Positions 62,169 through 64,000 of a DNA stretch of 64,000 bases are shown one piece after another. This stretch comes from Treponemataceae bacterium (lineage in GTDB: Bacteria > Spirochaetota > Spirochaetia > Treponematales > Rectinemataceae). The stretch is taken from the NCBI GenBank assembly GCA_963667725.2, contig CAXXHO010000003.1:2080001-2144000 (forward strand), read 5' to 3'. Under the pieces are notes generated by a model. That model was not told the origin of the DNA and ran no database searches. It saw only the letters and a list, made by a program, of their open reading frames with translations. Position numbers and translations under genes: made by a program. Each line of letters opens with the position of its first letter. The first letter of the stretch is position 1.

Positions 62169-63334
62169 ACGACAAAACAATGAATACGTACAAGAGGACC
62201 GGCCTGGTCCTGGACCATGGAAAGGGCGCCACTCTCTATACGAATGATGGCGCCGAATACATCGATTTCACGGCGGGAATTGGCGTCAACTCGCTCGGGC
62301 ACGGGCATCCGAAGCTCGTGAAGGCAATAGCCGACCAGGCCGCCCGCCTCATCCACGTATCGAACTATTTCATGACCGACGTTTCCACGCGCCTGTCCGA
62401 AAGACTGGCCGACATGGCCGGCATGGACAAAGTCTTCTTCTGCAACTCGGGCGCCGAGGCCAACGAAGGCCTCATCAAGATAGCGCGCAAATACGGATCG
62501 GCAAAAAACCCCGACAAGAACCTCATCGTCACGCTCAAAGGTTCTTTCCACGGCAGGACGGTCACCACCGTGACGGCCACGGGCCAGGACAAGTTCCATC
62601 AGTTCTTCGGTCCCTTCACGCCCGGTTTCATCTATGTCGAAGCGAACAACATAGCCGCGCTCGACGCCGCGCTAACCGAAAACGTCTGCGCCTTCCTTTT
62701 CGAGCCCATCCAGGGCGAAGGCGGCGTCAACCCACTCAATGCCGACTACCTGAAAGCCGCCGAGGCGCTCTGCGGGAAAAGGGATATCCTTTTCGTCGCC
62801 GATGAAGTGCAGACGGGCATAGGCAGAACGGGCGCCTTCCTGGCCTTCCAGAAAATGGGAATCCACCCCGACATGGTCGGCGTCGCGAAAGGGCTCGCGG
62901 GCGGCGTTCCCGTGGGAGCCGTGCTGGCCAAAGGGCCCAGCGCCGACGTGCTCCAGCCCGGCGATCACGGCACGACCTTCGGGGGAAACCCCCTGGCCGC
63001 AGCGGCCGCCAATGTCGTTCTCGATGAGCTTTCCGCGCCGGGATTCATGGCCGAAGTGGAAAGAAAAGGCGAAAAGATCAGGTCGACGGTGCGTTCCTGG
63101 AAGAACCCCCTTGTCAAGGAAGTGCGCGGCATGGGTCTCATGATTGGCATCGGCGTTTCGGTTCCCCCTGGGGATGTCGTCGCCGCCTGCCGCGCCGACA
63201 GACTCCTCATTCTCACCGCCGGCGACGACACGCTCAGGCTCCTGCCTCCCCTCGTCATCAGCGATGCCGAAATCGATCGCGGTCTCGAGATTCTCAAGGC
63301 GACGCTCGACGGGATGGCGAAGGCAAAAGCATGA
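62165..63334 (+). CDS. argD: Acetylornithine aminotransferase
   Basis: NSGAEANE, SFHGRT, EPIQGEGG, DEVQTGIGRTG, AKGLAGG, HGTTFGGNP. Confidence 0.95.
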   Translation: MNDKTMNTYKRTGLVLDHGKGATLYTNDGAEYIDFTAGIGVNSLGHGHPKLVKAIADQAARLIHVSNYFMTDVSTRLSERLADMAGMDKVFFCNSGAEANEGLIKIARKYGSAKNPDKNLIVTLKGSFHGRTVTTVTATGQDKFHQFFGPFTPGFIYVEANNIAALDAALTENVCAFLFEPIQGEGGVNPLNADYLKAAEALCGKRDILFVADEVQTGIGRTGAFLAFQKMGIHPDMVGVAKGLAGGVPVGAVLAKGPSADVLQPGDHGTTFGGNPLAAAAANVVLDELSAPGFMAEVERKGEKIRSTVRSWKNPLVKEVRGMGLMIGIGVSVPPGDVVAACRADRLLILTAGDDTLRLLPPLVISDAEIDRGLEILKATLDGMAKAKA

Positions 63335-64000
63335 AAGATATTTTCCGCCAGCGACGCGAAAAGGTCGCCCAAGCCTTGAAAAGCCGCGGCATCGCCGCCG
63401 CCCGCTTCGAGGATTTCGAACATATTCGGAGCCCGGCGGTACGCTATCTCTGCGGACAGCCCGACGACGCTTTCCTCGTCATCGGGGCGGACGGCGCCTC
63501 AGCTCTCGTGGCATGGGACCGCAACATGGCCGAAAAGATGGCCCATGTCGACAAGATCTTCGCGTATACGGATTTCGGGCGACGATCGGCCTCGGCCATG
63601 CGTTTCGTGCTCGCCGAGCTGGGCGTACCCGCCGGCCAGAAGGTCGAACTGCCCGCGGCGACATCCTATCCATCCTTCGTTGACCATGTCGGAGCCCTCG
63701 ACGAATGGGACCTCCTCTGCGAAGAAGGCGGAATAGATTCGACCCTGTCCGAAATGCGTTCGGTCAAGGACGAAGGGGAGCTCGCCATCTACGAAAGGGC
63801 ATCGGCCCTCACCGACCGTCTCATCGACATGATTGAGGAAGGCGTGAAGAAGGGAAGGCTCGCCACCGAACTCGACGTCGCCCTCTTCATCGAAAAGGAA
63901 GCCAGAGGCGCCGGAGCCGAGGGCACGGGCTTCGACACGCTCGCGGCAGGACCTGGACGCAGTTTCGGCATTCACGCCTTCCCTAATTACGGCGCTGGCC
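63331..64000 (+). CDS. M24-family Xaa-Pro peptidase, 5' part (runs off window)
   Basis: Own translation open from ATG 63331 to end: VRYLCG, MRSVKDEGEL, TELDVA, GFDTLAAGPGRSFGIHA; ATGA overlap with argD. Confidence 0.85.
   Translation, partial: MKDIFRQRREKVAQALKSRGIAAARFEDFEHIRSPAVRYLCGQPDDAFLVIGADGASALVAWDRNMAEKMAHVDKIFAYTDFGRRSASAMRFVLAELGVPAGQKVELPAATSYPSFVDHVGALDEWDLLCEEGGIDSTLSEMRSVKDEGELAIYERASALTDRLIDMIEEGVKKGRLATELDVALFIEKEARGAGAEGTGFDTLAAGPGRSFGIHAFPNYGAG

Overview
Core-genome segment of a GC-rich, probably anaerobic spirochaete (Treponematales/Rectinema-like; inferred from 16S sequence, gene order and spirochaete-type hypothetical genes). It contains: tRNA-Thr-rpmG-tRNA-Trp-secE-nusG-rplK; murJ; ltaE; a NfeD-SPFH-SPFH operon; pfk coupled to a CrtH-like flavoprotein fused to an Fe-S domain; a frameshifted XPB helicase with its partner and a NYN gene; clpP; tlpA-ccdA; radA-malQ; an H1-like basic protein; a sugar-ABC/amidohydrolase/ArgH-like/GH2 catabolic cluster; a rubrerythrin-desulfoferrodoxin-rubredoxin operon; radC; a serine-palmitoyltransferase-like gene; ktrAB; a complete 16S-tRNA-Ala-23S-5S operon (minus strand); pgsA; mnmE-mnmG; and argCJBD. 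No mobile element or CRISPR array was seen. The best candidate for a new system is an unannotated 29-codon Arg-containing leader ORF (58661-58750) with a strong RBS, C-rich rut-like tracts and SD-sequestering structures in front of argCJBD, suggesting ribosome-mediated arginine/ornithine attenuation. Also notable: the SPT-like gene (possible sphingolipids in a spirochaete), the CrtH/Fe-S fusion, the C-N-lyase catabolic cluster, a divergent UDG-fold protein and repeated leaderless-type gene starts. All product calls come from motif recognition by eye; no database searches were run.
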